A DNA stretch of 64,000 nucleotides from Candidatus Hydrogenedentota bacterium (GTDB lineage Bacteria; Hydrogenedentota; Hydrogenedentia; Hydrogenedentales; SLHB01): NCBI GenBank assembly GCA_029974275.1, contig JARKSN010000175.1:21545-85544 (forward strand). The letters run 5' to 3'. The translations under genes and the position numbers were made by a program. Positions 9,205 through 18,698 of the stretch are shown piece by piece. The notes beneath the pieces were generated by a model. That model saw nothing but the letters and a program-made list of their open reading frames with translations. It was not told the DNA's origin and made no database searches. Position 1 is the stretch's first letter; the number at the start of each line of letters is the position of its first letter.

Positions 9205-10425
9205 ATGAGCGATCGATCGGTGTTGATAACGGGCGCGACGGGGATTATGGGCAGTTGGGTGCTGGGAGAGGCCTTGGCGCGCGGCTATCGCCCGGTAGTC
9301 TTGATGCGCGACGCCAATCCGCAACGCGCCCGCGAACGGCTTACCGCCGTGCTGCGGTTGAATGGCCACGAAACCCGGCTGGACGACGTGCGTATTCTTC
9401 AAGGAGACACACGATCGCCTAATTTGGGCCAGTCGAGCGCGGAAATCGCTTCTCTCCGCGCATCGCTGGGGGGCATGATCCACTGCGCCGCCTGCACAAG
9501 CTTCGGATCGGATTCCGATCAGGAACTGTGGGAGACCAACGTCGGCGGCGTGAAGAACGTGCTGGCGTTTTTGGAAGGAACCGGCGTTCCGTTGTACTAC
9601 GTGAGCACGGCGTACATCGCCGGGCGGCGTCGCGGTCGCGTGCTGGAGACGGAGCTCTACCGCAACCAGGAATTCAATAACACCTACGAACGCAGCAAAT
9701 GCGAGGCGGAGCGCCTGGTTCGAGCCTCCATGGCTGCGGGGCGGCTTCAAGCCTCCATTTTCCGCCCGGGCATCATCGTGGGCTGCACCGACCAGGGCCG
9801 CATCACGCAATTTTTGAATTTCTATAGTTTTCTTCGATTGTTGGACATCATCGCGGCGCGACGGAAGCGCGAGAGCGGCCCGGTGCGCATCGCGGCGAAT
9901 CCATTGGGCACCAAAAACCTTATACCGGTGGACTGGACGGCCAAGGCGCTGTGGCAGATTGTCGAGGCGGACGGCGCCTCGGGACACACGTATCACTTGA
10001 CGAACCCGAAGCCGGTTTCGCACGCAAGCCTTCTCGATTGGGCCAACAAAATTTTGTGCAGCAAAGGCATGCGCTTTGAGTTCGTCGACGAAGTGGGCGC
10101 CGACGCGAATGGTCTCGAAGAAGCCTGCCGCGCGGCCTTCTCGCACTACAGCCCCTATTTGCAGGGGGAACCGCGCTTCGACCGCGCCAACACCGATCGC
10201 GCGCTGGGCGATTCGCTTCCTTTCCCCGAAATCGGCCCCGATCTGTATGTCCGGCTGTTGTCCTTTGCCAAAGGCCAGCGTTGGCGCGGCATCTTCGGAT
10301 GCAAGACGGCCGAGGTGTGTGCCCCAAAAGATGCGACGATCGCCCCCTTCCCGCTTGCCGGCAAGGCGCCCGCTCTTGCCAGCATCGATCCTTCGTTGGA
10401 ACTGGCGGTCGCCCAGTGCCCCTAA
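9205..10425 (+). CDS. Extended SDR oxidoreductase (fatty acyl-CoA reductase / thioester-reductase-like, NAD_binding_4)
   Basis: ITGATGIMG Rossmann motif, IHCAA, YVSTAY, YERSK (YxxxK), FRPGIIVG. Confidence 0.85.
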   Translation: MSDRSVLITGATGIMGSWVLGEALARGYRPVVLMRDANPQRARERLTAVLRLNGHETRLDDVRILQGDTRSPNLGQSSAEIASLRASLGGMIHCAACTSFGSDSDQELWETNVGGVKNVLAFLEGTGVPLYYVSTAYIAGRRRGRVLETELYRNQEFNNTYERSKCEAERLVRASMAAGRLQASIFRPGIIVGCTDQGRITQFLNFYSFLRLLDIIAARRKRESGPVRIAANPLGTKNLIPVDWTAKALWQIVEADGASGHTYHLTNPKPVSHASLLDWANKILCSKGMRFEFVDEVGADANGLEEACRAAFSHYSPYLQGEPRFDRANTDRALGDSLPFPEIGPDLYVRLLSFAKGQRWRGIFGCKTAEVCAPKDATIAPFPLAGKAPALASIDPSLELAVAQCP

Positions 10426-10490
10426 GGGGCGTGTCCGGCGACTCCCTGCCCGCATGAGCGGCATGGACTCCGAGACGGTGCGGCGTCTAC

Positions 10491-11036
10491 ATGGCGCCGG
10501 AAGCAGCGGCAGGGGGACGAGGGGGACAGGTGGACGAAGCGCTGGCGAAGGGCATAACCTCCATCGAGCATGCAGCGGGCGACCCTGCGCGCGGACTGCC
10601 CGAGGATATTTTCCTGCTGATCAGTCGGCTCACGCCGCTTGTCAATGTCGATTTGCTCATCCGGGACGACAGGGGGCGCACTCTATTGACCTGGCGAGAA
10701 GACGCTTATTATGGCGCGGGCTGGCACGTTCCCGGCGGGATCATTCGCTTCAAGGAGACGGCTGCGGAGCGGCTTCGTGCCGTGGCCCGGGAAGAACTGG
10801 GCGCGGAGGCGGATCCCGAACCGGCGCCCGTTGCCTTTCACGAAGAAATCCACCCCGAACGCGCGATCCGGGGCCATTTCATCTCCTTGTTGTACCGCTG
10901 CGTTCTGATCGGCCCGCCGGATGCGGCGCGTCGGGCGGACGGACCCTTCCCCGCGCCCGGAACGTGGCGCTGGCATGACGGACCTCCCGATGCCTTGATC
11001 GACGTGCATCGCGTCTATGAGCCTTTTCTGAAATGA
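10491..11036 (+). CDS. NUDIX hydrolase, GDP-mannose mannosyl hydrolase-like
   Basis: TPLVNVDLLIRD and WHVPGGIIRFKET...AREELG variant Nudix box; start could be slightly downstream. Confidence 0.75.
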   Translation: MAPEAAAGGRGGQVDEALAKGITSIEHAAGDPARGLPEDIFLLISRLTPLVNVDLLIRDDRGRTLLTWREDAYYGAGWHVPGGIIRFKETAAERLRAVAREELGAEADPEPAPVAFHEEIHPERAIRGHFISLLYRCVLIGPPDAARRADGPFPAPGTWRWHDGPPDALIDVHRVYEPFLK

Positions 11037-11491
11037 TCGCGGACGATGCAGGGGCCGAATCTTCTTGCGGCAACGTCCCGCGCCAATTCGGGCGGTACAT
11101 GCTGGTCGGACTATTCAACACGGCGTTCGGCTATGCCGTCTACGCAGGACTGACCTATGCGTTGACGCCCCGTCTCCCCCACGCCTACATGGCGGCGGCC
11201 GTAATCGGGTCGATCTTGTCGATCACAGTCGCCTTTGTCGGCTACAAAATGTTTGTTTTCCAAACGCGGGGGAATTGGCTGCGCGAATATCTGCGCGTGT
11301 ACATGGTCTATGGAACTTCGATGCTGACCAACCTGATCCTGCTGCCATTCGTCGTCGCCGCCGCGGCTTTTTTCTTGACGCGCAAGGAATATGCGCCCTA
11401 TATCGCAGGCGCGGCGCTGCAAGGCGGAACGATTTTGATGAGCTTCTTTGGGCACCGCCATTTTTCCTTTCGCGCAACCGGGAAGCGTTGA
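11033..11491 (+). CDS. GtrA family membrane protein
   Basis: RYMLVGLFNTAFGY, four hydrophobic segments, ends SFFGHRHFSFR; ATGA overlap with the upstream gene. Confidence 0.85.
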   Translation: MIADDAGAESSCGNVPRQFGRYMLVGLFNTAFGYAVYAGLTYALTPRLPHAYMAAAVIGSILSITVAFVGYKMFVFQTRGNWLREYLRVYMVYGTSMLTNLILLPFVVAAAAFFLTRKEYAPYIAGAALQGGTILMSFFGHRHFSFRATGKR

Positions 11492-11543
11492 CGAGACGGG
11501 CCGGGCGCTCCGTGTTTCTTACGCGTCCCCCACGACGTTGTGT

Positions 11544-12311
11544 TTACTGGGCAGGGTCGAGTTGCGCGGCGACCGCGTCGTGGAGGGTCTGGGCGAGGCG
11601 TTTGCGGTCGGCGTCCTGGATCGGCGCGGGACCAAAAACCAGGGTCGCTTCGCAATAGGGAAGGCGGAGAAAAGCCCCCATGCTTTGCGCGAACGTTTGT
11701 TCCGGCCCCCAGATCACGCTGTCGCGCACGGAAGGGGAGCCGTCGGGCGTGCGGTACTGAATGGCGGCGTAATGAACGGGCATGCCGCGCGCGACGGCGG
11801 TTTCGAGCAACGCCGGACGAAACGCCTTGACCGTCCCATCGACCGAGATGCGGCTCTCGGGAAAAACATGAATCCCGTAGCCGCGATCGAGGCGCTTGCC
11901 GAGTTCCGCATTTACGCGCAACGTTTCGCGAAGATCGGATCGGTCAATGAAGACGGTGTCCGCCGCGCGCACGACGAAGCCAAGCGCGGGCCAGCGCGCA
12001 ACATCCGCGCGCGATACGAAGACGCACCCGGTCGCCGCAGCCAGGACGGGCTGATCCACGCTGCTCAGGTGATTGGACACCAGAAAAAAAGGGGCGTGCG
12101 GCGGCATGCCGCGCACGCGCAGCTGCACGCCGCCGCACGCAAGCAAGCCTCGCCCCCACGCGCGCAACAGCGCGCTGCGCCATGCCGCTTCACGCGCCGG
12201 AGAAATGCGCGCCCATGGGCGCACGGCAATCCGCGCGGCCACAAGAAGAAAAGTCCATGCCGCGATGCCGGCTGCGCGCCGCGTCACGCGCATTTTCTCG
12301 CGAAGCGTCAT
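11544..12311 (-). CDS. Lysophospholipid / 1-acyl-glycerol-3-phosphate acyltransferase family
   Basis: NHLSSVD (HX4D), FIDR and VFPES motifs. Confidence 0.85.
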   Translation of the reverse strand: MTLREKMRVTRRAAGIAAWTFLLVAARIAVRPWARISPAREAAWRSALLRAWGRGLLACGGVQLRVRGMPPHAPFFLVSNHLSSVDQPVLAAATGCVFVSRADVARWPALGFVVRAADTVFIDRSDLRETLRVNAELGKRLDRGYGIHVFPESRISVDGTVKAFRPALLETAVARGMPVHYAAIQYRTPDGSPSVRDSVIWGPEQTFAQSMGAFLRLPYCEATLVFGPAPIQDADRKRLAQTLHDAVAAQLDPAQ

Positions 12312-12415
12312 GATGCCCCCCCGAATATTCGCCGCAACGACGCCACGCGCGCCAAGAAACGCAAAGGAAGGCAAGCGCTTCTTGCGGTCGTTGCGCCTGC
12401 GTCAAGGCGTTTGCT

Positions 12416-14425
12416 TCAGCCGTCGAGGCAAATCACCTGCGCCTCATACGGCGCCAGCGTGATCGCAATGGGGCCGTTGGCGGATACCCGCGTTGTCTCG
12501 GCATGGGAGGATTCGATCCGGACGGTGTCGTCGCGGGACTTCCATGCGAGCGTGAGAGACGCCCTGGCCGCCGCGCCGTTCTTCTCTGCGAGCGCAATGC
12601 ACGATTTCGCGCCGTCCTGCGTCCGATAGCTCACGGCAACGATTGCGTCGGCGTTCTCGCCTTCCAAGGCGACGATGCCCTCGCGGCCGCGGAAATCGGC
12701 CCATGCGAAGTAGGGCGCGACGCGGCGCTTGAGGCTTGCCAGCCGCCGTACGTGGTCGGCGAATTCCGGGTATTCGGTGATGAGTTCATCGCCGCCTTTG
12801 ATGCGCAGATCGAACATGATTTTGTGCGTGAAGGCGCGGTTCGCCTCGGCGTATTCCTCGGCGTCGATCGAGGTGCTCGTCAAGAGCCAGGGCGCGGAAT
12901 AGAGGATTGGATCGACGTCTTCGAGGAAATCCCACGTCCAGGCGCCGTCCGTCCACTGGCCCGTGAACTCGTTGGTGCACTCGGCCAGCAGCATGCCGCC
13001 GGGGCATTCGCGCCGCACGAAGGCGCGGGTCTCGTCGAGCAGTCGCGCGAAACCGTCGATGGGCGCTCGATCGGGATGGCTGTGCCCATGGGAATCGTTG
13101 TAGCAGGGGAAATTCTTGATCGAAATCTGGTCGAGTTGGATGTTGCCGAAGCCGTAGTCACGCACGATGCGTCGCATGGTTTCCAGAAAATATTCTTGCT
13201 GCTCGGCGCAAGGGCAGATTTCATGATGCATGCGCTCGCGATCGGTTCCGGGGCCGTCGACGGTGAAGCCGGCCCAGTCGCCTGCGTGGTTCGGCGCATT
13301 CTCGCGCGATCGCACCTCCCACCGGTGACCGAATGCCTGATGTTCGGGCATGGTTACGTTGGCGAGGGTTCCGTTGAAGAAGGGAATCAATTCCGCGCCT
13401 AGCTCTTTTGCGCGCGCGACAGCGGCGCGCAGCCCTTCCTCGCCGCCCCATTCGCGGTTGGGAACGTAGCGGTAGAAGTAGTGGTTGTCATGTCCGCCCT
13501 CGTGCCAGCCGAAAAGCAGCAAATACGGGCAGCCCGCCGACAGCGAGGCCTCGGCCATGCGAGGCAGATCGGCGTATGAGAAGCGCGACGATCCGTCCTG
13601 GTGCTTCAGGAAGAAGTAATGCCAGCCGACGCTTTCGACGAATTTGGCGATGCGTTCCGGCTTGACGATCCATGACGCGACCCATTCGCGGTGCGCATCG
13701 GCGGTCGCGCGCCAGTCGCCTTCGTGCAAGAATATTCGCATGGGAGGCGATTGCCACGTCTCGCCGGGCGCGAGACGCCGCGGGAACGTGGCGGAAAGAT
13801 CCAGGGAACGCGCGAACGGCTTGGTTTTTTTGTCGATGGTCTTCGCGACGAAGAAATCGACCAGGCTGAAATCCGTATGGCGGGCTTCGAGTCCGACGCC
13901 GTGCGCGGGCGAGGAATAGTCGCTCCATGCCGTCACCATGCGACCGGGATATCGCGACGCCAATTTGTGCATATACTGTTCCGCGTTGCGGTGATCGCCT
14001 CCGAATTGCGGACCGAAGGGATCGAAGGAACGTTTCCCGAAAGACGGGACCGTGTAGCGGGCGCCCTCGATGGGCGACAGGCCCAACAGACACGGAAACT
14101 GGAGTTCCTCAAAAGCCAGGCGTCCCGTGTTCGTGATTTCGAGCGTCGCCACGATCGCAAGGCCGTCGAGCGAGAGCCGGGCCGTTGCACGCAGGTCGCT
14201 GGTTTCGAAGCGCAACGTCACGGCGCCGGCTTCCTGGGACATCTGCGGCGCCTCGCTGTCCAGATGGCGGCACAGCATCGGTCCGTCCGGAGCGATGATC
14301 CGGAACAGGCGCGTCGACGTTCCCTTCGAGACGAGTTCCTTGGCGAGTCGCTTGTTGTGGATCGAGGCGAATCCGCCGGTGAGCGGGTCGATCGTGACGC
14401 GGACATCCGCGTTTTCCAGGATCAT
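12416..14425 (-). CDS. Uncharacterised glycoside-hydrolase-like protein (beta-sandwich plus TIM barrel; DUF6259-like)
   Basis: Aromatic-rich; LFGWHEGGHD..Y, WGGEEGLR, IQLDQI and AECTNE resemble clan GH-D-like barrels; family unverified. Confidence 0.55.
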   Translation of the reverse strand: MILENADVRVTIDPLTGGFASIHNKRLAKELVSKGTSTRLFRIIAPDGPMLCRHLDSEAPQMSQEAGAVTLRFETSDLRATARLSLDGLAIVATLEITNTGRLAFEELQFPCLLGLSPIEGARYTVPSFGKRSFDPFGPQFGGDHRNAEQYMHKLASRYPGRMVTAWSDYSSPAHGVGLEARHTDFSLVDFFVAKTIDKKTKPFARSLDLSATFPRRLAPGETWQSPPMRIFLHEGDWRATADAHREWVASWIVKPERIAKFVESVGWHYFFLKHQDGSSRFSYADLPRMAEASLSAGCPYLLLFGWHEGGHDNHYFYRYVPNREWGGEEGLRAAVARAKELGAELIPFFNGTLANVTMPEHQAFGHRWEVRSRENAPNHAGDWAGFTVDGPGTDRERMHHEICPCAEQQEYFLETMRRIVRDYGFGNIQLDQISIKNFPCYNDSHGHSHPDRAPIDGFARLLDETRAFVRRECPGGMLLAECTNEFTGQWTDGAWTWDFLEDVDPILYSAPWLLTSTSIDAEEYAEANRAFTHKIMFDLRIKGGDELITEYPEFADHVRRLASLKRRVAPYFAWADFRGREGIVALEGENADAIVAVSYRTQDGAKSCIALAEKNGAAARASLTLAWKSRDDTVRIESSHAETTRVSANGPIAITLAPYEAQVICLDG

Positions 14426-14496
14426 GGCTTCTCCTTCCATTCGGTTTCGTATGACGAAATGATCGGGTTTTCACGTTGCGGCATGCGCGCGCCGCT

Positions 14497-16923
14497 TTAG
14501 ATGAACAGGTTGATGTCGCTATTTCCCGCCGCGCCCAGGTAGTGGCCGACGCCGCCGATCTCGACGCCGTCGATGAGTTCTTCGCGGCGGATGCCCATGA
14601 CGTCCATGGACATCGAACAGGCGACGAAGCGGACGCCCGCCGCGCGCGCGCTTTGAATCAAATCGGGCAGCGACATCACGTTCTTGGCGCGCATCACGCG
14701 TTTCATCATTGCGGATCCCATGCCGCCCATGTGCATTTTCGAGAGTTTGAGGCGGGCAGGGCCCTTGGGCATCATCATGCCGAACATCCGGTCGATGAGG
14801 CTTTTGGACGTGCGGGGCGCGGTCTTCTTGCGCAGCACGTTGAGGCCCCAAAACGTGAAGAATATCGTGACGGGCCCTCCCATGACGGCCGCGCCGTTGG
14901 CGATGACGAACGCGGCAAGCACGCGGTCGAGGTCGTTGGAGAAACAGACGATTGTCTTGCCCGGATGCGTCGTGGCGGCGCACGACGGGGCCGCGCCCGG
15001 ATCGCCGCGCTCGCCGCGTTTCATCAATCGAGCCACGTAGGCTCCGTCGCGCGCGCTCACATCGATCAATTCGTTTCCGGTCGAAGCGCACCATGCGGGA
15101 ATGTCCGCTGCAAATCCCGGGTCGCTTGCGGTGACTTCGAGCGTTTCGTTGAGGCGCATGCGCTCGATCGCCTGGCTTACCTTGACGAGGGGGCCTGGGC
15201 ATTGCAGGCCGCGCACGTCGAGGCGGACGTCAACTTCCGCGCACGGAGCGGCGGCAGGGGCCGGAATTGAGGGGGGCGCTGGTTTGGGGTCTTGAGCGGG
15301 GACAACTCCGGATTTCTGAAACCATTGCCATGTGCGGTAGCCGCCGTTGAGGTTGTAGGCCTCGAATCCGTGTTGCCGGAGCATCCGGCAGACGACATAG
15401 CCGCGCAGCCCCACAGCGCAGTACACGCCAAGAGGCTTGTCGGGGGGGAGTTCGCCCAGCCGTTCGCGCAAGGAATCGATAGGAAGCAGTTTCGCGCCCG
15501 GTATGTGGCCTGCGGCCGCTTCTTCGGGCGTGCGGACGTCGATCCATTGAAGGCCGGACGGCGGGGCGTCGGGTTCGATGGTTTCGACGTCGCCGCGCAA
15601 CAAATTGGCTGCGGCGAATCCCGCGATGTTGACGGGATGCCGCGCGCCGCCCCATTGCGGCGAGTACGCCAATTCCGAGTGTTCGAGGTCGTAGACGCTC
15701 CATTTTGCGCGCAGGGCCGTCGCGAAAACGTTGATCAAGGCGTCCACGCCATCGCCGCCGAGAACCTGTGCGCCCAGCAGCGCGCCCTCCGGGGCGAAAA
15801 GGAGCTTGATGGAGACGGGCTTGGCGCCGGGGTAGTAGCGCGGATGCTGAGTTGGGTGGACGTAGACGCGGCGATAGGGGATGTTCTGGGCGTTGAGGCG
15901 TTTTTCGCTCAGCCCCGTCTGTGCGGCGGCAAGGTGGAACACTTTGACGATCGCGGTGCCCTGCGTGCCGCGATAGGCGGCGTCGCGGCCTTGGGTCACG
16001 TCGGCGACGATGCGGCCCTGCCGGTTTGCCGGCCCGGCGAGCGGAACCGCGACGGGATGGCCCGTTACGAAGTCGCGCGTCTCGACGCAGTCGCCGACGG
16101 CGAATATGGCGGGATCGCTGGTGCGCATGTTCGCGTCGGTGCGCACGTGCCCGCGAGGGCCAAGGTCGAGCCCCGCATCGCGGGCCAGTTCGCTCCGGGG
16201 CGTTACGCCCGCGCACAGACAGACGACGTCGCATGCGATCCGTGCGCCGCTGCGCAAGGTCACGCCCGCGGCGTCAATGGAAACCGCCTGTTCCTCGAGG
16301 CGCAATTCGACGCCCTGCATGCGCAACTCCTGCGCCAGCGGCTGGGTCATTTCCCAATCCAGCGGAGGCAACACTTGGCTCATCATCTCGACGAGGACCA
16401 CGTCCAACCCGCGTTCGCGGAAATTTTCGACCAGTTCCAGCCCGATGAACCCCGCGCCGATGACGCACACGCGCCGGGCGGCCGCCGTCGCCTGGACGAT
16501 GCGGTCCATGTCATCGAGGGAGTTGAGCGTGAGGACGTTGGGACGGTCGATGCCCTCGATGGAAGGACGCAACGGCTCGGCTCCGGTGGAGAGCACCAGG
16601 ATGTCGTAGGGCGCCATGAACGTCCGGTCTGCGTCGAGATCGCGAACCTCGACTTGTTTGCTGGCGCGGTCGATGCGCGTGACCTCGTGGCGCGTTCGGA
16701 TGTCGATCCCGAACCGGCGGCGCAGCATGTCGGCTTCCGCCACGATCAGATTGGCGCGGTTGGGGATGATCTCTCCGATGTAGTAGGGCATGCCGCAGTT
16801 CGCGAACGAAACGTTCGCGCCGCGCTCAAAGACCGTTATCGAGAGGGATTCGTCAAGACGCCGTAACCGCGCGGCGCAACTCATGCCTCCGGCCACGCCG
16901 CCTACGATGATCACGTTTTTCAT
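14497..16923 (-). CDS. CoA-disulfide reductase-rhodanese-TusA-DsrE fusion protein
   Basis: GGVAGG and SFANCGMPY (CoADR); DVR...YCAVGLRG (rhodanese); LDVRGLQCPGP (TusA); FFTFWGL...ACSMSMDVMG (DsrE2). Confidence 0.9.
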   Translation of the reverse strand: MKNVIIVGGVAGGMSCAARLRRLDESLSITVFERGANVSFANCGMPYYIGEIIPNRANLIVAEADMLRRRFGIDIRTRHEVTRIDRASKQVEVRDLDADRTFMAPYDILVLSTGAEPLRPSIEGIDRPNVLTLNSLDDMDRIVQATAAARRVCVIGAGFIGLELVENFRERGLDVVLVEMMSQVLPPLDWEMTQPLAQELRMQGVELRLEEQAVSIDAAGVTLRSGARIACDVVCLCAGVTPRSELARDAGLDLGPRGHVRTDANMRTSDPAIFAVGDCVETRDFVTGHPVAVPLAGPANRQGRIVADVTQGRDAAYRGTQGTAIVKVFHLAAAQTGLSEKRLNAQNIPYRRVYVHPTQHPRYYPGAKPVSIKLLFAPEGALLGAQVLGGDGVDALINVFATALRAKWSVYDLEHSELAYSPQWGGARHPVNIAGFAAANLLRGDVETIEPDAPPSGLQWIDVRTPEEAAAGHIPGAKLLPIDSLRERLGELPPDKPLGVYCAVGLRGYVVCRMLRQHGFEAYNLNGGYRTWQWFQKSGVVPAQDPKPAPPSIPAPAAAPCAEVDVRLDVRGLQCPGPLVKVSQAIERMRLNETLEVTASDPGFAADIPAWCASTGNELIDVSARDGAYVARLMKRGERGDPGAAPSCAATTHPGKTIVCFSNDLDRVLAAFVIANGAAVMGGPVTIFFTFWGLNVLRKKTAPRTSKSLIDRMFGMMMPKGPARLKLSKMHMGGMGSAMMKRVMRAKNVMSLPDLIQSARAAGVRFVACSMSMDVMGIRREELIDGVEIGGVGHYLGAAGNSDINLFI

Positions 16924-16986
16924 CGCTGCAACTCCTATGTGCCCGGCGCGGAAACGCCAGGCAGCGTTTGGTTCTCGATGGATTCC

Positions 16987-17439
16987 TCAGGAAGAGCCGC
17001 CGCCGCGCTGGGAAGCCAAGAGGTCGCGGATTTCGCACAACAATTCCTGGTCTTTGGTGAGCGGCGGCGGGGCAGTCGCTTCCATCTTCTTGGCTTTCGT
17101 CAGCCAGCCGAGAAATTTGACGATGAAGAGAAACAGAACCGCGGCGATGATCAAGAAGTTGATCACCTCGCCCAAGAAGAGGCCGTAGGGAATTTCCTTG
17201 CCCGAAAAGGCCAGTTTCCATTCCAAGTAGCCCTGCTCGCTGGGCAGGAGCATCCCGATCAACGGCATGATGATGTGCTTGACCAGCGAGTCGACGATCT
17301 TGCCGAACGCGGCGCCGATAATCACGCCTATCGCCAGATCGATTACGTTCCCTTTGAAGGCGAACTGTTTGAATTCGTCGAGCAACGACATCGTTTGTTG
17401 AGCGGGCAGCAACGATTTGGCTTTGTGGAGCGCGTCCAT
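16987..17439 (-). CDS. mscL: Large-conductance mechanosensitive channel
   Basis: EFKQFAFKGNVIDLAIGVIIGAAFGKIVDSLV; C-terminal LLCEIRDLL. Confidence 0.95.
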   Translation of the reverse strand: MDALHKAKSLLPAQQTMSLLDEFKQFAFKGNVIDLAIGVIIGAAFGKIVDSLVKHIIMPLIGMLLPSEQGYLEWKLAFSGKEIPYGLFLGEVINFLIIAAVLFLFIVKFLGWLTKAKKMEATAPPPLTKDQELLCEIRDLLASQRGGGSS

Positions 17440-17651
17440 GGTTTCCCTCCCGGTTGCGAGTGCGCAGGTTGTTTGCCATTTTTCATTGCGACGGAACGGG
17501 CTGCATCATACCAAATTGGCCGGGATTTTCCTCGTTCCGCTTCGCCTTCCCGCAGGGAAATCGCATGCAAAAGCCGAGCGAAAGGCGCATGGTTTCGGAG
17601 ATTTTCCAACACTTGGTCGCTATTCGGCGCGGCTGGGCGCAGGGGGGCTTG

Positions 17652-18698
17652 TCAGCCCTTGGCCCGCGCATCGCTGTCTTGGACGGATCGCTGTCGCTTC
17701 AGTTCCGCGATTGGGACAGACGAGGCGGCGTAGGCGCGACGGCAAAGAGAAAACTTATGCGCGGCGTCGTTGCGGCGGCGGCATAGGCATGCGATCGTCG
17801 CCGACGCGGCGAAGACGGCTGCATCGAGCAGATGCGTCGTCCATGACGCGAACGCTCCGTAGTGTTTTCGGAAGCATTTGTATTTGCTGCGATACAAGTG
17901 GAAACGGGAGAGGTCGCTGACGCCGCCGGAGACGCTGCCGCCGTGGCGGTGAATGACAACGGCTTCGGGGCAGTAGTGAACCTCGAGTCCCTTGCGGCGC
18001 GCGGGAAGAAAGAGGTCCATTTCTTCCTCGTAGAGGAAGATGTCTTCGTCGAATCCGCCTATTGCATCGAGATAGCTGCGCCGCATCATGAAACATGCGC
18101 CGGACACCATGTCGACCTGCGTCGCCTGCTGGTGTTCTTCTTCGGTGAGCCAGTTGTGGAGCGATCGAAATCGTTTTGGAAACCGCGCTTGCAGCCCGGA
18201 AACGCTCCAGAAGTTTCGCAGCGGCGTCGGGAATCGCCGGCACGAAGCCTGAAAACGCCCATCGGGATAGACCAATCGCGGACCCACCGCAATGCGCTTC
18301 TCGTCGATCATGATGTTGGCGAAAAGCCTGTCTGACGCGCCGGGGGCAAGCTGGGCGTCCGAGTTTAGGAACAGCAAGAAATCGCCGTTGCCGGCGGCGA
18401 CGCCCCGGTTGTTGGCCGGTCCAAATCCGATGTTCTCAGGAAGCGATATCAGGTGGACGTTCGGGTATTCCGTGCGCACCATTTCGACCGATCCGTCGGA
18501 GCTCCCGTTGTCCACGACGTGCGTGCGGAACGGGGGGGCAAGGTCGCACGTGGCGGCGATGGAGTCGAGGCACTGGCGCAGCAACTCGCGCGTGTTGTAA
18601 TTGACGATGACGATGTCGATGATCGCGCCGGAGTCTCCGGCGGCTGTGTGGCTCTCGTTTTGGGCAAGAGCGTGCGCATCCGTCGAATTCAGCCGCAT
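17652..18698 (-). CDS. Glycosyltransferase family 2
   Basis: IVIVNYN, VVDNGSSDGS, NIGFGPANN, LFLNSD, VSGACF and GGFDEDIFLYEEE. Confidence 0.9.
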   Translation of the reverse strand: MRLNSTDAHALAQNESHTAAGDSGAIIDIVIVNYNTRELLRQCLDSIAATCDLAPPFRTHVVDNGSSDGSVEMVRTEYPNVHLISLPENIGFGPANNRGVAAGNGDFLLFLNSDAQLAPGASDRLFANIMIDEKRIAVGPRLVYPDGRFQASCRRFPTPLRNFWSVSGLQARFPKRFRSLHNWLTEEEHQQATQVDMVSGACFMMRRSYLDAIGGFDEDIFLYEEEMDLFLPARRKGLEVHYCPEAVVIHRHGGSVSGGVSDLSRFHLYRSKYKCFRKHYGAFASWTTHLLDAAVFAASATIACLCRRRNDAAHKFSLCRRAYAASSVPIAELKRQRSVQDSDARAKG

